Positions 27,020 to 41,107 are shown, counted from the first letter of the whole stretch. The stretch is 63,982 bases of DNA, filler included, from Octopus bimaculoides (GCF_001194135.2; 7 parts of 6 records of this genome joined end to end with filler, not necessarily neighbours in it), one strand, 5' to 3'. The notes: generated by a model not told the origin, from the letters alone. Program-made: numbers and translations.

Positions 27020-27600
27020 AATTTAAATGACAAACTTCTGGAATGTTTTACGGATTTTTACAGTTCCAGTGATGGATTCAGTCTGTAGTCTTTGAATCAG
27101 CTTTCTCCTTTCTGGTTTTGAGAAGCTTAATTTCTCAAGATTGGTATTTAGGCAGTGTGTTACATATCCCAGGGCTCCAATAATTACAGGTATAAACCTG
27201 ACCTTGTAATCTGGATAGAGTAACTGCAGATTTCTCAATAATTCAGCATAGGTGTTCTCTTTATCACTGATCTTCAGCTTTATGCTAACATCCGCTGGAA
27301 AGCTTATTTCCACAACTATACACAGTTTCCCTTCTCAATCCCAAATCATTATATCAGCTCTGTTGTGCTTACATTTTATTGAGGTCTTCACTGGGACATT
27401 CCACCAGTATTTCATTCTATTATGAGTGGCTATGGCTTCTACCATATTGTGGGTTCTTATTTCTTTGTCCTTCCGACGGATTTCGTTATAGAGTGTCCTA
27501 GCTACAACGTCAGGTCTCATCGATAGAAAAACACCATGATGACATTTTCGGACCACTGCTTATGATGTGGGTGATATCTTCAGAGTAAGCTCCACAAAGT
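27020..27600 (-). mobile_element. 3' fragment of RLE-type LINE (R4/NeSL-like)
   Basis: R.DVVARTLY, WWNVPVKT...HNRADIMIWD, EISFP...KENTY, FIPVIIGALG, GTVKI: restriction-like endonuclease C-terminus. Confidence 0.8.
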
Positions 27601-28075
27601 CTGCATTGCTGGTCTGGCCCCTTTACCGTTTTATCCAAAGCCACTTAGTAGCCTCCTCTGCAGGTTCAGTGATGGAACCAATAACCGACGGTGGGCTTCC
27701 ATACAGTTTCTGCCTACCAGAAATTGATCGGCCCGGGTTTATAGTTGAAAATACTTGCCCAAGGTGTTGCGCATACTGGGACTGAACCCGAAACAACGCG
27801 GTCACAAGGCGAATTAGCTTACCTGCCAAGCCACGCGTTTAAGTCGAGGGTGGAGGTATAGATAAGTTTCAATGAAGTAAGGTGGGTAGCCCCAGTGATA
27901 GAGAGCTCTACATGTAGAGAGGGGTACATTGCCGGGTGGCACGTTGTTGTTATAGTTGTTGTTGTTGTTGATGGTTAACCCCAGATCACTCTTGATGCGG
28001 TAAACATGAGCGTCTCCTTTTTAATTTCAGACATAGAGTATCTAGGACTACATTGTTTAATGTATCATATGGTGT

Positions 28076-28128
<53 letters not shown>

Positions 28129-28308
28129 GCTACCCTACCCGACTACCACAGCCACTACTACTAGTACCATCACCGCCACTACCTCCCGCTACCACCACCA
28201 CTACCACCNNNNNNNNNNNNNNNNNNNNNNNNNNNNNNNNNNNNNNNNNNNNTTAATTAATTAANNNNNNNNNNNNNNNNNNNNNNNNNNNNNNNNNNNN
28301 NNNNNNNN

Positions 28309-28525
28309 TTTCATTTTTAAAGTGAAAGTATTTGACATGAGTGTTTTTGTTTCACTTTTGACACGTAATACTTAAATAGTGGAGGAGATATTATGTTGCC
28401 GTGTGCTCAAACTCTGCAAGAAGTTAATAATTTTTTTTTACTAAAACACAACTGGAACCCTAAGTAAGGCATGTGTAAAATTTGAATGAAATTGGTTGCG
28501 TAGTTCTCGAGTTTTAGGGATTCAC

Positions 28526-28556
<31 letters not shown>

Positions 28557-28582
28557 CACATTCTCATTTTTATATATATAGA
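28309..28582 (+). mobile_element. Helitron/DINE-like non-autonomous element end; related copy at about 29822-30077
   Basis: Both copies share ctaagtaaggcatgtgtaaaatttgaatgaaat...ttttagggattcacaca(gaca)n cacattctcatttttatatata. Confidence 0.55.
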
Positions 28583-29117
28583 TATCTGTGTGTGTCTATG
28601 TTTGTCCCTCCTCCCGTCACCAACCAGTGTTGGCATGTTTACATCCCTATAACTTAGCTGTTCAGCAGTTCAGCAAAAATAGACTGTTAGAATAGGTACC
28701 AGGCTTAACAAAAGCACTCATTATTATCCTGATTTTTCATTAGGCAGATATCTTTGACCATCTATTTGGTTGGTCAGTAATCGCTAACAATTAAGCAGGT
28801 AGCATTATTAACATTTTGAACAAATTCCAAAATCTATTAATTTGTTTTTGTTTCATTAGATTATTTTGATTCTGCCAAAATTTCTCTTTTTTTTTTATAT
28901 ATCTTATTTCTATTTGTTGCTTTTTTTCTTTATATCCTGTTTGAGTACAAGTTGATTAAATAACAAATGAAGAAAACAAAACAAAACAAAAGAATAGAAA
29001 AAAAGATATTCTTTTCAAATTAAATTTCCTTAAAATACCTGCCAAGTTCTTATTTCAAATTAGACATCTCAAACAATGATTATACTTTGCTGTTTTAAAG
29101 CAAAAATTAGTTGAGGA

Positions 29118-29152
<35 letters not shown>

Positions 29153-29531
29153 TGAAGCTAAAGATTTTAAAACTTAAGTCTTTTCTAATTCACCAACATT
29201 CTATCATTAACTTCTGTATTTTAAATGTATGTTTCTTTATCTCTGTGTACATGTATATGCCTAAGTGTAGATGTGTGTGCCTGTTTTCTATCTGCAGGCT
29301 TTTATGCGCATATGTGTACTTGCCTCTGTCTGTCTTCGTGTGTGTGTGCGTGTGTGTTATACATGTTCTCCAGCAAGTCCTAATTTGTAAATTATGTTGG
29401 AAAATTTTGCTTTCAAATTTTCATTTCATTTTCATTTCAAAACCTGACTGGACCAATGGATTAGGATTGCTGTTGTTGTTGTTTATTGCTGCCATTATTG
29501 TATCTGTTGATAGGATATTGGATTGGTAGAA

Positions 29532-29820
29532 TTCATCATCATCATTTAACGTCCGCTTTCCATGCTAGCATGGGTTGGACGATTTGACTNNNNNNNNNNC
29601 TGGTGGACCAGGAGGCGACACCAGGCTCCAATCTGATTTGGCAGAGTTTCTACAGCTGGATGCCCTTCCTAACGCCAACCATTCCGAGAGTGTAGTGGGT
29701 GTTTTACGTGCCACCAGCACGAGAGCCAGTCAGGCAGTACTGGCGACGGCCACGCTCGCGATGGTGTATTTTACGTGCCACCTGCACAGGAGCCAGTCCA
29801 TCGGCACTGGCAACGATCAG
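29532..29820 (-). mobile_element. RTE-type 3' tail or RTE-tailed SINE
   Basis: Minus strand ends ggcatccagctgtagaaac...catgctagcatggaaagcggacgttaaa(tga)n. Confidence 0.55.
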
Positions 29821-30964
29821 GACAGACTTCTTTCAAACTGAAAGTATTATCTCACTATACAATAGAGATGTAATACTGAAATAGTGTAAGAGATAAGAGA
29901 TTGCTCTTATCGCATTAAGTAAGAAGTTGAAAATGTTTTTGGCACCCATGACACTGCATGGACTCTAAGTAAGGCATGTGTAAAATTTGAATGAAATCAG
30001 TTGTGGAGTTCTTGAGTTTTAGGGATTCACACAAACAGACAGACAGACATACACACATTCTCATTTTTATATATACAAGTTATTCTTTGACATGAAAGAC
30101 CATTTTCCATGTTTTATTTTTTTAGTGTTTGTGATTTCAAATTTCGATTTCTCATTGCAATGATAAACAAAAAATGATTTTACTTTGGTTTGTCTTCAAA
30201 AAATGTTCGTAAAAAAAAGCATTTTTACATTTTGAGTACCATACATAATCAAGTACTGGATTGGTCTAATTGACTAATGCACCAAAAACTACCCCACCAG
30301 CCAAAATTGGTGGGTTTGTAAGAAAGGATTGGCAAAATCATTAACACCTTGAAAAAAGTGCCCATGCATTGAAATCCTGCCTTGTCCATCTTTGCTTTTT
30401 ATCCTCTTGGGGGTCAATAACATTAAGTACCAGTCCAGTATTAGGTTTGATATTATCAGTTAACCCTCCCTCCCCTCAAAACTGCTGTCTTTGTACTTAT
30501 GTTAAAAACAATTAAGTGTGATGGACAGCAGGATCATTAGAGTATCAGATAAAATGCTTTGCACTATTTAGTTACAGCTCTTCATGTTCTGAGTTCAAAT
30601 CCTGTCAAGGTCACTTTTGCTGTTCAACCTTTTGTGGCCCATAAAATTAAATACCAGTCAAGTACTGAGGTTGATGTAATTTACTGATCCTCTCCCTTCA
30701 AAAATGCTGGCCTTGTACCTAAATTAGAAATTATTATTTGGTCAACAGATTGGTATAATTACTAGGGCATCAGGCCTTACAGTATTTGTTCCAGCTGTTT
30801 TACTAATCCTCAAGTGGATGAAAGGCAAACTTACTCCTGCTGAGAGTTAACTTTGCCTTCATCATCATCATCATCATCATCTGCAGTAGCTGCAGTTTGA
30901 AATTATGTCAACACTAATCTATAATTAAATATTTGACTGTTTTGTTTTGTTTCTCTATTTGAAG

Positions 30965-31153
30965 ACTTAATAATGGTAGAAAAAGCTCTGACCCTGTCAA
31001 CCTGAATGTAGGTGGGGTGATTTACACTACCTCTTATCTCACATTGGTCAGCTACTCAGAATCAATGCTAGCTCGTATGTTTGAAGGTGACTTGCCTTCG
31101 GCCAAAGACAAAGATGGAAACTACTTTATTGATCGAGATGGAAAACTGTTTCG
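30965..31153 (+). CDS. KCTD-family BTB/POZ protein, coding exon with N-terminal half of BTB
   Basis: Acceptor tttgaag|a and donor cg|gtaagt. Encodes DPVNLNVGGVIYTTSYLTLVSYSESMLARMF...DKDGNYFIDRDGKLF, the KCTD T1-BTB signature. Confidence 0.93.
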
Positions 31154-32093
31154 GTAAGTTTTATTAAGTCTAAAATTCTTTGTTGTTTTGTTGGTTTCTT
31201 TTTTAAAATTACTCCCAACTTAGTTTGAGTATTTTTGTATAGCTTATTTTTTGTTTTAGAATTCAGAAATTTATTCTGTATTGAAAGTTTGCCATTGAAT
31301 AATGGTTTAAGTTGAGCTAACAAGCTAGCCACCGTACGGTTGACCTGTTAGAAATAACAGCCAAATCTCCTTTGAATTACAACTGACTACATTAAAAAAG
31401 GGGCAATTTTGGGCAATTCTAGATAAACAAAACTTAGAAAATAGAAGAGCTATGACGGGAATGTCTTTATTTAGAAAATAGAAGAGCTATGACGGGAATG
31501 TCTTTATTCATTAACCAGCTCAGTCATGGCTGACCTGGGATTAAACAGTAACAATGGAACAAGTGTTCAGCCCTGACAAAAGATGTAGTGGAGGGTGTAA
31601 AAAGAAATTAAAGCATGGAAGACTTATAATGCACAGAAAGAACTCCAAACTAGTGAACATGCTTACCATGGCTACAGACAGCACTGGCAGTAAAAAACTT
31701 CTCAGCATATATCCAATGTTAAATTTCTACCAGTTAAATCTTACCCTGATCTCTCTTGACCTGGCTTATCAGTTTTGGCCTGGCATTGTCTATTTTGCTC
31801 TTGTTTTGTATATCCTTGCCTGCTATGACCCATTCTGGTCTGGTCTCTATTTTGTCTAGTCATCTTAAGATCACAAAGTGCTATCCTTGTTCAGAGTAAT
31901 GAATATACATTGGTAAAGCTTATGCAATAAGGTAGTCATTATGTAATGCGAAGGTAGTTTTCTTTAAGATGAACCATCCACATATATACACTCTATACAC
32001 TTTATTAGCCAGTATTCACAGGAGTGCTTACTGAGGATCCGGCTTGGATTTTTTAATCTCCTTTTTATCTGATATGTAGATTATTTTAAAATA

Positions 32094-33407
32094 CATGATG
32101 GAGCAGAGAGGTTGGACATTTTTGAAATGGCTATTACTCAGCCCCAGTGGGTGGGACATATGTCTGACAGGTACCATTCATTCCATGGTGTCTTAGCATT
32201 TTTTACTTTTTAGATGAAGCCATGGTGCTGTGGATGATAGAGCATCACATATTTGCCTACAACAGTTATGTGAAGTCTGTCACAGCAGTTCAGCATGAGT
32301 TTTGGTGCTACTTCAACGTTGACCAAAGTCAGGCTGTTCCCACCCGTAACATAATCTTACATTGAGTGAATGCACTTCGTACACAAGGTACCCTAATGAA
32401 TAGGAGACCGGTGGGAGTGCCACGAATAGTATGGGACCCAGAAAATGTGGAACATGTCAGACAAGCTTTGATGCATAGTCCGAATCACTCTGCTTGCAGG
32501 CATTCCACTGAACTTGGCATCAGTAATCGATCAGTAAGGTATATTTTGCATGAAGTCCTGCATTTCCACTCGTACAAACTGGCCATTGGGCAACACTTGA
32601 AACCATAAGACTGTGGCTTAACTTCACACATCAGATGGAAGCAATTTTTGAGGCAAATGGCAACCTCATTTTGTTAATGAGTGACGAAGCTCATTTTCAT
32701 CTCAATGGTATGGCGAATCAACAGAACTGTTGTTACTGGGCTCTTGAAAATCCAAGAGAACTGCATGAAAGACCACAGCCTAAAAGTGACAGTCTGGTGT
32801 GCTGCTGGAAAAGCTACCATCATTGGTCCTTACTTTTTTGAAGACAATAATGGAAATGCTGTTACTGTGAACTCTGAGTGTTACATCAAGATGATAAACA
32901 ACTTTTTTGTGCTTGAATTATGATGAAAACGTGTGCCTATTTGAGATGTGTGATTTCAGTAGGGTGGGGTGACAGCCGACAGCCCACACAGCCAGAGATC
33001 AATGGACGTTCTTCGCCCTCTCTTCGGTGGCCACCTCATTTCCAGGTTTGCTGACATTCTTTGGTCCCCTGATTTATCCATGTGTGATTATTTCTTGTGA
33101 GGAAACCTTAAGGCATGCGTGTATACACATTAGCCCTGTACACTGGATGATTTGAAGGAAGCTATTCATGTGGAAGTTGCCCAAATCGACAGAGCAATGC
33201 TGGAGAGAGTGGAGGCCAACTTCCAAGAACGCCTTCAGAAATGCATCAATGAAAACAGACACTACATGATGAATGTTGTTTTCCACACTTGTTTTTGACA
33301 AACGCTAATTCAATATGAACATAAAGATGTCATTAAAATTTGTTTGCAGCTAAAATTAATGATTTTGTGAATTTTTCAAAAATGTCCATGCTTTCTGCCC
33401 CACCCTG
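32094..33407 (+). mobile_element. Full-length inactive Tc1/mariner transposon (DD41D rosa/Visitor-like) in the KCTD intron
   Basis: Imperfect TIRs (ca..tgg.gcaga.ag..tggacatttttgaa and ttcaaaaatgtccatgctttctgccccaccctg), TA on both sides. MSDEAHFHLNG, IIGPYFF and WSPDLSMCDYF motifs with stops and frameshifts. Confidence 0.9.
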
Positions 33408-34000
33408 TAGCTTACATTGATATTTACATATCAACTCAATAGTTGTTTTACAGTGTTACCATAAGACTTATGACAGTCACTCTCTGTATATTTTTCTTAT
33501 ATTCATGAACAACCACATTGTTAATAGTAGAGTTCAAAATGTGGTCCACTAGGCCATTCAAAGATTCATTACATTGTTGAAGGTGAGATTAAAAAGAGAG
33601 GATAGTATATTTGGAAGCTTTCATGTTATATGCTGGGATAGTTCCATTTATAGTCTTCAGAACTTTGTCAATATGAAGATTATGTTAATAGTTGTCTGCG
33701 TTCATTACTATTGCAGTGTCTATTGTTTTTATTCCATCAACTAATTCTTGTCCGACAATAACTTTTACTATTACAACTGTTAAAATTCTATTTCCTCTCT
33801 CTCTTTCTCTCTCTCTCTACCTACCCTCTCATTATTTCTCTCCATTACTTTCCAATTCCACTTGTTAATATTCCATCATTCTCCATTTTCTTGCAAGGAT
33901 TTATTTTATTCTCTTTCTATTTTTTTTTTGTTCTATTTTACTTTGTATTCATCTTTTAATCACTTTGTAAAATGTTTTTTGTTTTTTTTTCACTTTCCAG

Positions 34001-34661
34001 ATATATTTTAAATTTTCTTCGCACAAGTAAAATTCACCTGCCTGATAGTCTGGTAGAATTACAGCAACTTAGTGATGAAGTAGACTTTTATCAAATTCCT
34101 AGTTTGAAGGAAGAAATAGGCCTTGAAATTACTCGACGCCATGAGGAGAATATGGTGAAAATGTTACCGACTTGCTGTGATTCTGATGGCTATTTCCTTG
34201 ACGTTTTGGAGCACAATGGTGTGCAGGCAAACTTCAAGAACCTCCAGCTCATTGGACATATTGATATTATCAAGGTATTACCTCTTAGCCCAGATGATTA
34301 CGGGGTGCTGCAGTGTTTAGTGGAGACAGTCAAACAGACAGACTACCACCCACACAAGAGCACAACTGGTCATATCTGGTATCTAGGGAAAGGCTGCTTT
34401 GAACTACAGGATATCTACTACTTGACACGGGTCGAAATTGGGGAGTTAGTGCGTGCACATGGGGCACGCCTTGTGTCATCATCAGCATCATACACCAATA
34501 GCACGGAGACGAACAATATGCAGACCATATTGATAATGGACAAGTGGCATATACCTGCCTACTGTATCCAGAAGTTACGTGCAAACTGTATGACTTGTAA
34601 AGCTCTCCCTCCTGGTCGCACAGTAGGTTTTTTAGACTGGAACCAGGAACACCAACAATAA
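34001..34661 (+). CDS. KCTD-family protein, terminal coding exon (rest of BTB plus C-terminal domain)
   Basis: Acceptor cactttccag|a completes the CGA codon in frame: R-YILNFLRTSKIHLP...EVDFYQIPSL, then about 190 aa to TAA. Closest by motif to KCTD6/11/21-type proteins. Confidence 0.93.
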
Positions 34662-36285
34662 CATTTTATTAGTTTTATTATTTTCTTAAAATTTTAAATC
34701 TAATATAATGTTAAATTATTTATGTCTATATCTACTATGTGACCATTTAAAAAAATTTTTTATGTAAAATTTCTAAAATACCAACATTGTTAACAGATAA
34801 ACATCTAATTGTTGTTTACAACTTCACTTAGAGATTTACCTGTCTCCAAACAAAAAATAATATTGGACTGTGGTTCCCATCCTCCCCCTACCTACTACAT
34901 TTTACTTCACACTTTTTAACTTTTTATTTAAAAAAATTCCTAAAGAACAAGAATATATATAGATAGATAGATGTTTTCTTAAAAGTGTTTCAAGAAAGCC
35001 ACTAGAATGCAACTTAGAAATATTAGAGATGAAAACAAATGTAAAACAAAAGCAATAATTTACATTTTTACCTTATATTTCAATATTTCGGATTTAAAAA
35101 TCCTATGTCAGGACAAGCTTAGGTCTGTACTGTACACACACACACATACATATATGGACATGTGTAAGGAGCAGGTGCAAAATGCACAGCCTGAAATATT
35201 AATATATAACGCAAAATTGTAAACCATTATTTTACTTTTGTTTCCATTCCTATATTGCCAATTTGCATTGGAAATATCTTTCTAAAACAAATTTAACTCA
35301 CTTTTGCAAGTATACTCTTCAATTTCTTTATTTCAAAAATTTAAGAGAAACTTCAGATTAGTTTTTATTTGTACTTTGTTTTAGCTATCACAGCTAAGGC
35401 AATGCTGGAGCACTGCCTTCAGATATAATTTTTTTTATATATATTTTTAAAATGTAATATTAATTTGAAACTATTTTTCATCAAGTTTCCCTCTCTTAAT
35501 TTTATTAATTTACTTTAAAAAAAAAACAAGCTATTACATTTTATCTTTTTAATTGACTTTGTAGAATTTTCTTTATTACAAGTTTCTAGAGCAGTGGGCT
35601 GTCAGAATCGTTAGAGTGTTGAACACAATACTTTGTAGGGTTTAGTTATGGCTCTTTACATTCTGAGTTCAAATCCCACTTAGGTTGACTATATTTTTTA
35701 TCCTTTCTGGATTGGTAATTCAGTGTACCAGTCACATGTTATGGTTACTTGAATTAACTAATCTTCTTCCTCAAAATTTGAAGCCTTGTGTCTATGTTAG
35801 AAACAATTGTCACAGACTTCTCTTATTCCATCCCTTGCCTTCTGCCTTTACCTGTTCATTTTTTACTTTTAAGTCTAAGGCATTTGTCAATGAGTGTAAT
35901 GTATGTGTTTGTGTCTGTACACACACACACACACACACACACTCTTGTCTACTTTAACCATTTATCTTTCCAAATCCCACCATTCTATCAGACATATGGC
36001 AAATATTTGTTTTGATAAGTTGCAGTGATTTGTTTGAGGAAACTGCTTTTGTAGAGTGTTGCTAGCCAATGTTGCCTGAAAGATATGCGATCCTGACCCC
36101 CATATACACATAGTGCCAGTGGACTTCCGTGAAGTATACACACACTGCTCTTCATATCACAAAATATATTCCCATTGCTCCACACTCCAATAAAATTATA
36201 CACATGCTACTCTTCACAGTCTAAGATATACATACACTGCACTTCTCTTCCTCAAATACAGTACTTTTCCTCCACTTTCTTTAAG

Positions 36286-36325
<40 letters not shown>

Positions 36326-36910
36326 CTTTACCCCTAAAAGAGAATACATATGGAAATATAAATATACACTGTGATTTCACAGCTTCAGCTGTATTCTGAT
36401 ATTTCATTTCTTCACCATATAAGTCATTAATTTGCTATAAATTTCTGGAATGAGGAATTATCATTATTATATACTGATATAAGGCAGCGAGCTGGCAGAA
36501 TCATTAGCTGCACTGGGCAAAATGCTTAGCAGTATTTCTTCTGACTTTACATCTGAGTTCAAATGTTGCCAAGGCCGACTTTGCCTTTCATCCTTTCAGG
36601 GTCGATAAAATGAGTACCAATTGAGCCTTGCGGTCAATGTAATCGACTTAACCCTCCCCCGAAATTGCTGGCCTAGTGTCAAAATTTGAAACCATTACTA
36701 CATATTAATATAATCAAACTAGTGACTTTGTCTTGATTGTTGTACCCTCTTGCTTTCTTCTGTGCCTGTAGTATGCTGTAACATTCTCAGATTTTCAAGT
36801 CAAACTCTAATTCCATTCTCCCTGCTAAGGATGTTCTCCTAGTCTATGTTCTTGTGATGCCTGCTCATTCCACTTGAACTAGTGTGTGTGTGTGTGTGTG
36901 TGTGTATAGA

Positions 36911-36952
<42 letters not shown>

Positions 36953-37364
36953 TTTGGGGATTGAATCACACTCATCAGATAAACTGCAACACTTAAAACT
37001 TAATTTTTATATTGACTGTTCCATTATCCCAAAGGATAATTCAATAATGGAAATTGAAACTAACCTTTTTTTTTTAGTTTTAATTTGCATGCTGCTGCTG
37101 CTGCTAATGCTACTGCTGATGATGATTTCTAATCTTGGCACAAGATAACAGTCATAATACAACCTTTAAGCTATATTTATGATGACAATAGTGGTGGTGG
37201 TGGTGGTGGTGGTGGTGGCTGCTACTACTGCTGCAGTTGTCATTTGTTGCTTTGGTTACTTCTTTGAGAGCAAAGTTTAATCAGAGGAGTAGTGTTCATC
37301 ATTATTTTTAACATTGGACATCTTTCAGTTCTATATTTAAGGGATGAGGAATTATGTACATTAC

Positions 37365-37487
37365 TTACATTTGATGGATATTTGTCCTCATTTTGTATGG
37401 TGTTAACACATTTCGGCTGGAGGGTATATCAGCCGAAACATTGTGTTAACAACAAACAAGATGAGGACAAATATCCATCAAATGTAA
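37365..37487. repeat. 123-bp inverted repeat or hairpin
   Basis: 37365-37391 is the perfect reverse complement of 37461-37487. Inner arms have three mismatches and a 3-nt indel around a 10-nt loop. Confidence 0.9.
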
Positions 37488-38520
37488 ATAATGTAAATAA
37501 TTGGTCATCTTTGTCTTTTATTGTTTTTATTATTTTTTAATTTTAAATCTTACATACATAATTCTCCACTCCTTCATTCAAAAGACATTCATCAGCGGTT
37601 AGTTGAGGGAGATTTGGCTGTTACAATAAGCAAGCCAAGGGAATTACACAAGCAACCCCACTTGCTTGTTTTCTATGCCAAGAATGTTAATGATGCTGAT
37701 GATGGTAGTGACGATAATGATGATGATGATTTTCCCCACATTGACTTCTCCCATAACTCTCTTTAATGCTAAACAAAACCACAAGTTATTCAGTTGTCCT
37801 CCAAATGAAATTTATCTCTATATATGTGACCTAGTGAACTGGTTGCAGTCAAGGAATTTATTAGTTACTCGTTCATTTAGGTATGCTCAACCTCTTCACT
37901 CTTCTCATTCAGAAAGCAAAAGAGAATTTTATTTTTTCCCCTTTACCTCCAGCTTTTCTTTTACATAATTTAAAACATTTTCTTGCATTTATTATTTTAT
38001 GCAAGAGTAGGTGGTTGTTTATTCCTCACTCAAGGTTTGCCCAGATCAAGCATTCCATATGTGACCATTCCATTTTTTTATTCAGACATAATGTACCCAT
38101 GGCTATCAAAGCCAACAGTGGTACTGCTATGTACTACATAGGGGTCCCATTGTTTACAGCCTCACTCAACTACCGAGTCCAGTGAGCCTTTCCTCTTCTT
38201 GAGATGGTTGGGTGTGGTTTGAGGAAGATTCAACTGCTATTTCTTAATTGGCCAAAATACCATGCAGGGACTCTTATTGACTCCTCATGCTAATTTATGT
38301 AGATTTTAGTGGATTGGAAAATCTAGCAAATTTGAAGAATTATAAATTAACATGACACTACTAAACCACTTATGTTTTACTTGAAATAAATTACTCCAGC
38401 TTAATATTAATGTATTTAGATAGGTAATTTTAAAAAATTCATTTATTTTCCCCCAATTTATCCTTGCACACACAGACACACACATTCGCTGTCTCTGTCT
38501 CTCTATCTGTTTGTCTGTCT

Positions 38521-38555
<35 letters not shown>

Positions 38556-39763
38556 GCATCAAAAACATGAAGTTATTTATAATTTTGAACAGAAGACATT
38601 GTGAATATCTCGGAATGGAAAAATAAGTTTTAAGTGTGATCCATTGGATAGGCAAATTTGATATTGTTGTTATTGTTAAGATGGATGCACTGGTATGGCC
38701 ATGAAATATGTGTGAATGATGTTTACTTGGATAGAAAACTGCTATGTTTATGATTTAGTTAAATACACAGATACTGTTTCATAGACTTCTTTTTGTCCAT
38801 GCTCCCAAGCATGTTGGGACAGATTTTGCATATTTCAACATTTACAAATTATTGAAACTCTTGGTTTTAAAGCTGTCTGCTCTTCTTACAATTGACCTTA
38901 CAATTGTTGAGATCTTGTAGAATCTGGTCTAAGTTTAATTGTACTGAGGTGTGACTATAATAATTAGGTTTGAAGTCTTATAGTGCACACAACCATTCCT
39001 GCTCATATTTTCATTTTCTTTTTTTTACTTTTTCTTTTGTAATCTTTTTCCTGCCTAGTCCTTCTTTTAATGAATCTCAAATGTCTTTCCAATCTTTTCT
39101 GTTACAAGATTAATGGTAAAGCTGACAAAATAATGTTATTGGAATATATTTAACTGACTGATTATACTTTATTTTATTTATTTATTTTTTAAGTTTTGCT
39201 AAATTTGATTTTTTTTTCCTTTCAGCATATCTATTTGTTACATAACACAACACAACACACACACACACACACTGTTACAAAGGAAAGGTTCACTGTGCCT
39301 TTGCTGCTTTGATGTCATTGGCTTCCTCAGAATGTCTGACAAAGCCAACAACAGGGTATCTTTAAAGTTACTGTCAACCTTTTCATTGTAAAACTAAATG
39401 TGATACTTTACCTAAATGTATTGAGTGAGCCTTCATCAACCAATGAGTGAGTGTTTATATATATAACTATAAATAAAAACAAACACACACACACATGCAC
39501 ATATATACACTTTATATTGATTTATTTTTGATAAAAAGTGTAAAATTGACCTTATCACAAAAAGCTCAATTGTTGAGAATAGAAAGACAAATATGAGATT
39601 GTGTGAAATGCAAAGTCATTAGCATTTTAAGTGAAATGAACTGGTTACAACCAGGAATCAAAATCTTATTCTCTACTTGGTTTGTAAGAGAACATGAAAA
39701 AAGAAAATCATAAAAATAATTTGAAGAATTCATAATATAATCAAAATTTTCTTAATTGCTGCC

Positions 39764-39794
<31 letters not shown>

Positions 39795-39795
<1 letters not shown>

Positions 39796-40747
39796 GTTTA
39801 TCAAGGTGGCAAACTAGCAGAATTATTACTCCACCAGATAAAATGCTTAGTGGCATTTCTTTTTGCTCTTTACATTCTAAGTTCAAATTTCACCAAGGTT
39901 GACTTTGCCTTTCGTGCTTTTGGAGTGATAAAATAAGTACCAGTTGGGTACTGAGAACAATGTACTCGATTAGCCTACCTCCCCCAAAATTTCAGGCCAT
40001 GTGCCTATAGTAGAAAAGGTTATAATTATTATTATTAAGACAGCAAGCTGGCAGAATCATTAGCACATCGGGCAAAAAGCTTAGTGGCATTTCGTCCGTC
40101 TTTCTGTTCTGAGTTCAAATTCCATCAAGGTCAACTTTGCCTTTCATCCTTTGGTGGGGGTGGGGGTGGGGGTAAATTAAGTGCTAGTAAAACACTGGAG
40201 TCAATGTAATTTCAGGCCTTGTACCTTTAGTAGAAGACATTATTATTATCATCATTTTTATTATTATTATTGTTATTATTACTGCTACTACGAAAAGGGC
40301 TATCAGTTTGTAGAATCAACAGTGTATTGGACACAGAATATCTTGTGGTATTTTCTTTTGTTGCTGTTATTGTCTTATCACAAGTCAACCTTGATTAATC
40401 AGACTTATGATCAAAAGCATTCCAACTGTGACTCTCCTGTTTTTTGTTTTTGTATCCTATGTGAAGGAAACCCAGGCGACACCACATAATCCAGTAACTT
40501 GTTTTTGAGAGAGATTTGGTGGCTGCTATTTCTAGCATGTTGAGTGATCATGCAGAGACTCTTTATCAGTTTAAGTGGTATTTTTGTTACATCTCTTTTG
40601 TGTTGTAAGTTCAAATGCTTCTAAGGTTGACTTGGACTTTCATCTTTCCAGGGTTGATAAAATAAAGTACCAGTGAAGTACTGATATAATTTCAACATAA
40701 TTAAATTCTCACCCCCAAAACTTCTGGCCTTGTACCTGATAGAAATT

Positions 40748-40779
<32 letters not shown>

Positions 40780-41065
40780 TATTATTATTATTATTATTAT
40801 TAAGGTGGCAAGCTGGTAGATTTGTTAGCACAATAAGCAAAATGCTTAGCAGTATTTCATTTGTTTTGATGTTCTGAGTTCAAATTCTGCCAAGGTTGAC
40901 TTTGCCCTTCATCCATTCAGGGTCGATAAAACAAGTTCAGCACTGGGATCAATGTAATCGACTCATTCCCTTCCCCGAACTTGCTGGCCTTGTGCCAAAA
41001 TTTGAAGCTATCATTATTGATAAAGAAATCGTTATTAATAAATAAATAAATTGTTATTATTATTG

Positions 41066-41107
<42 letters not shown>

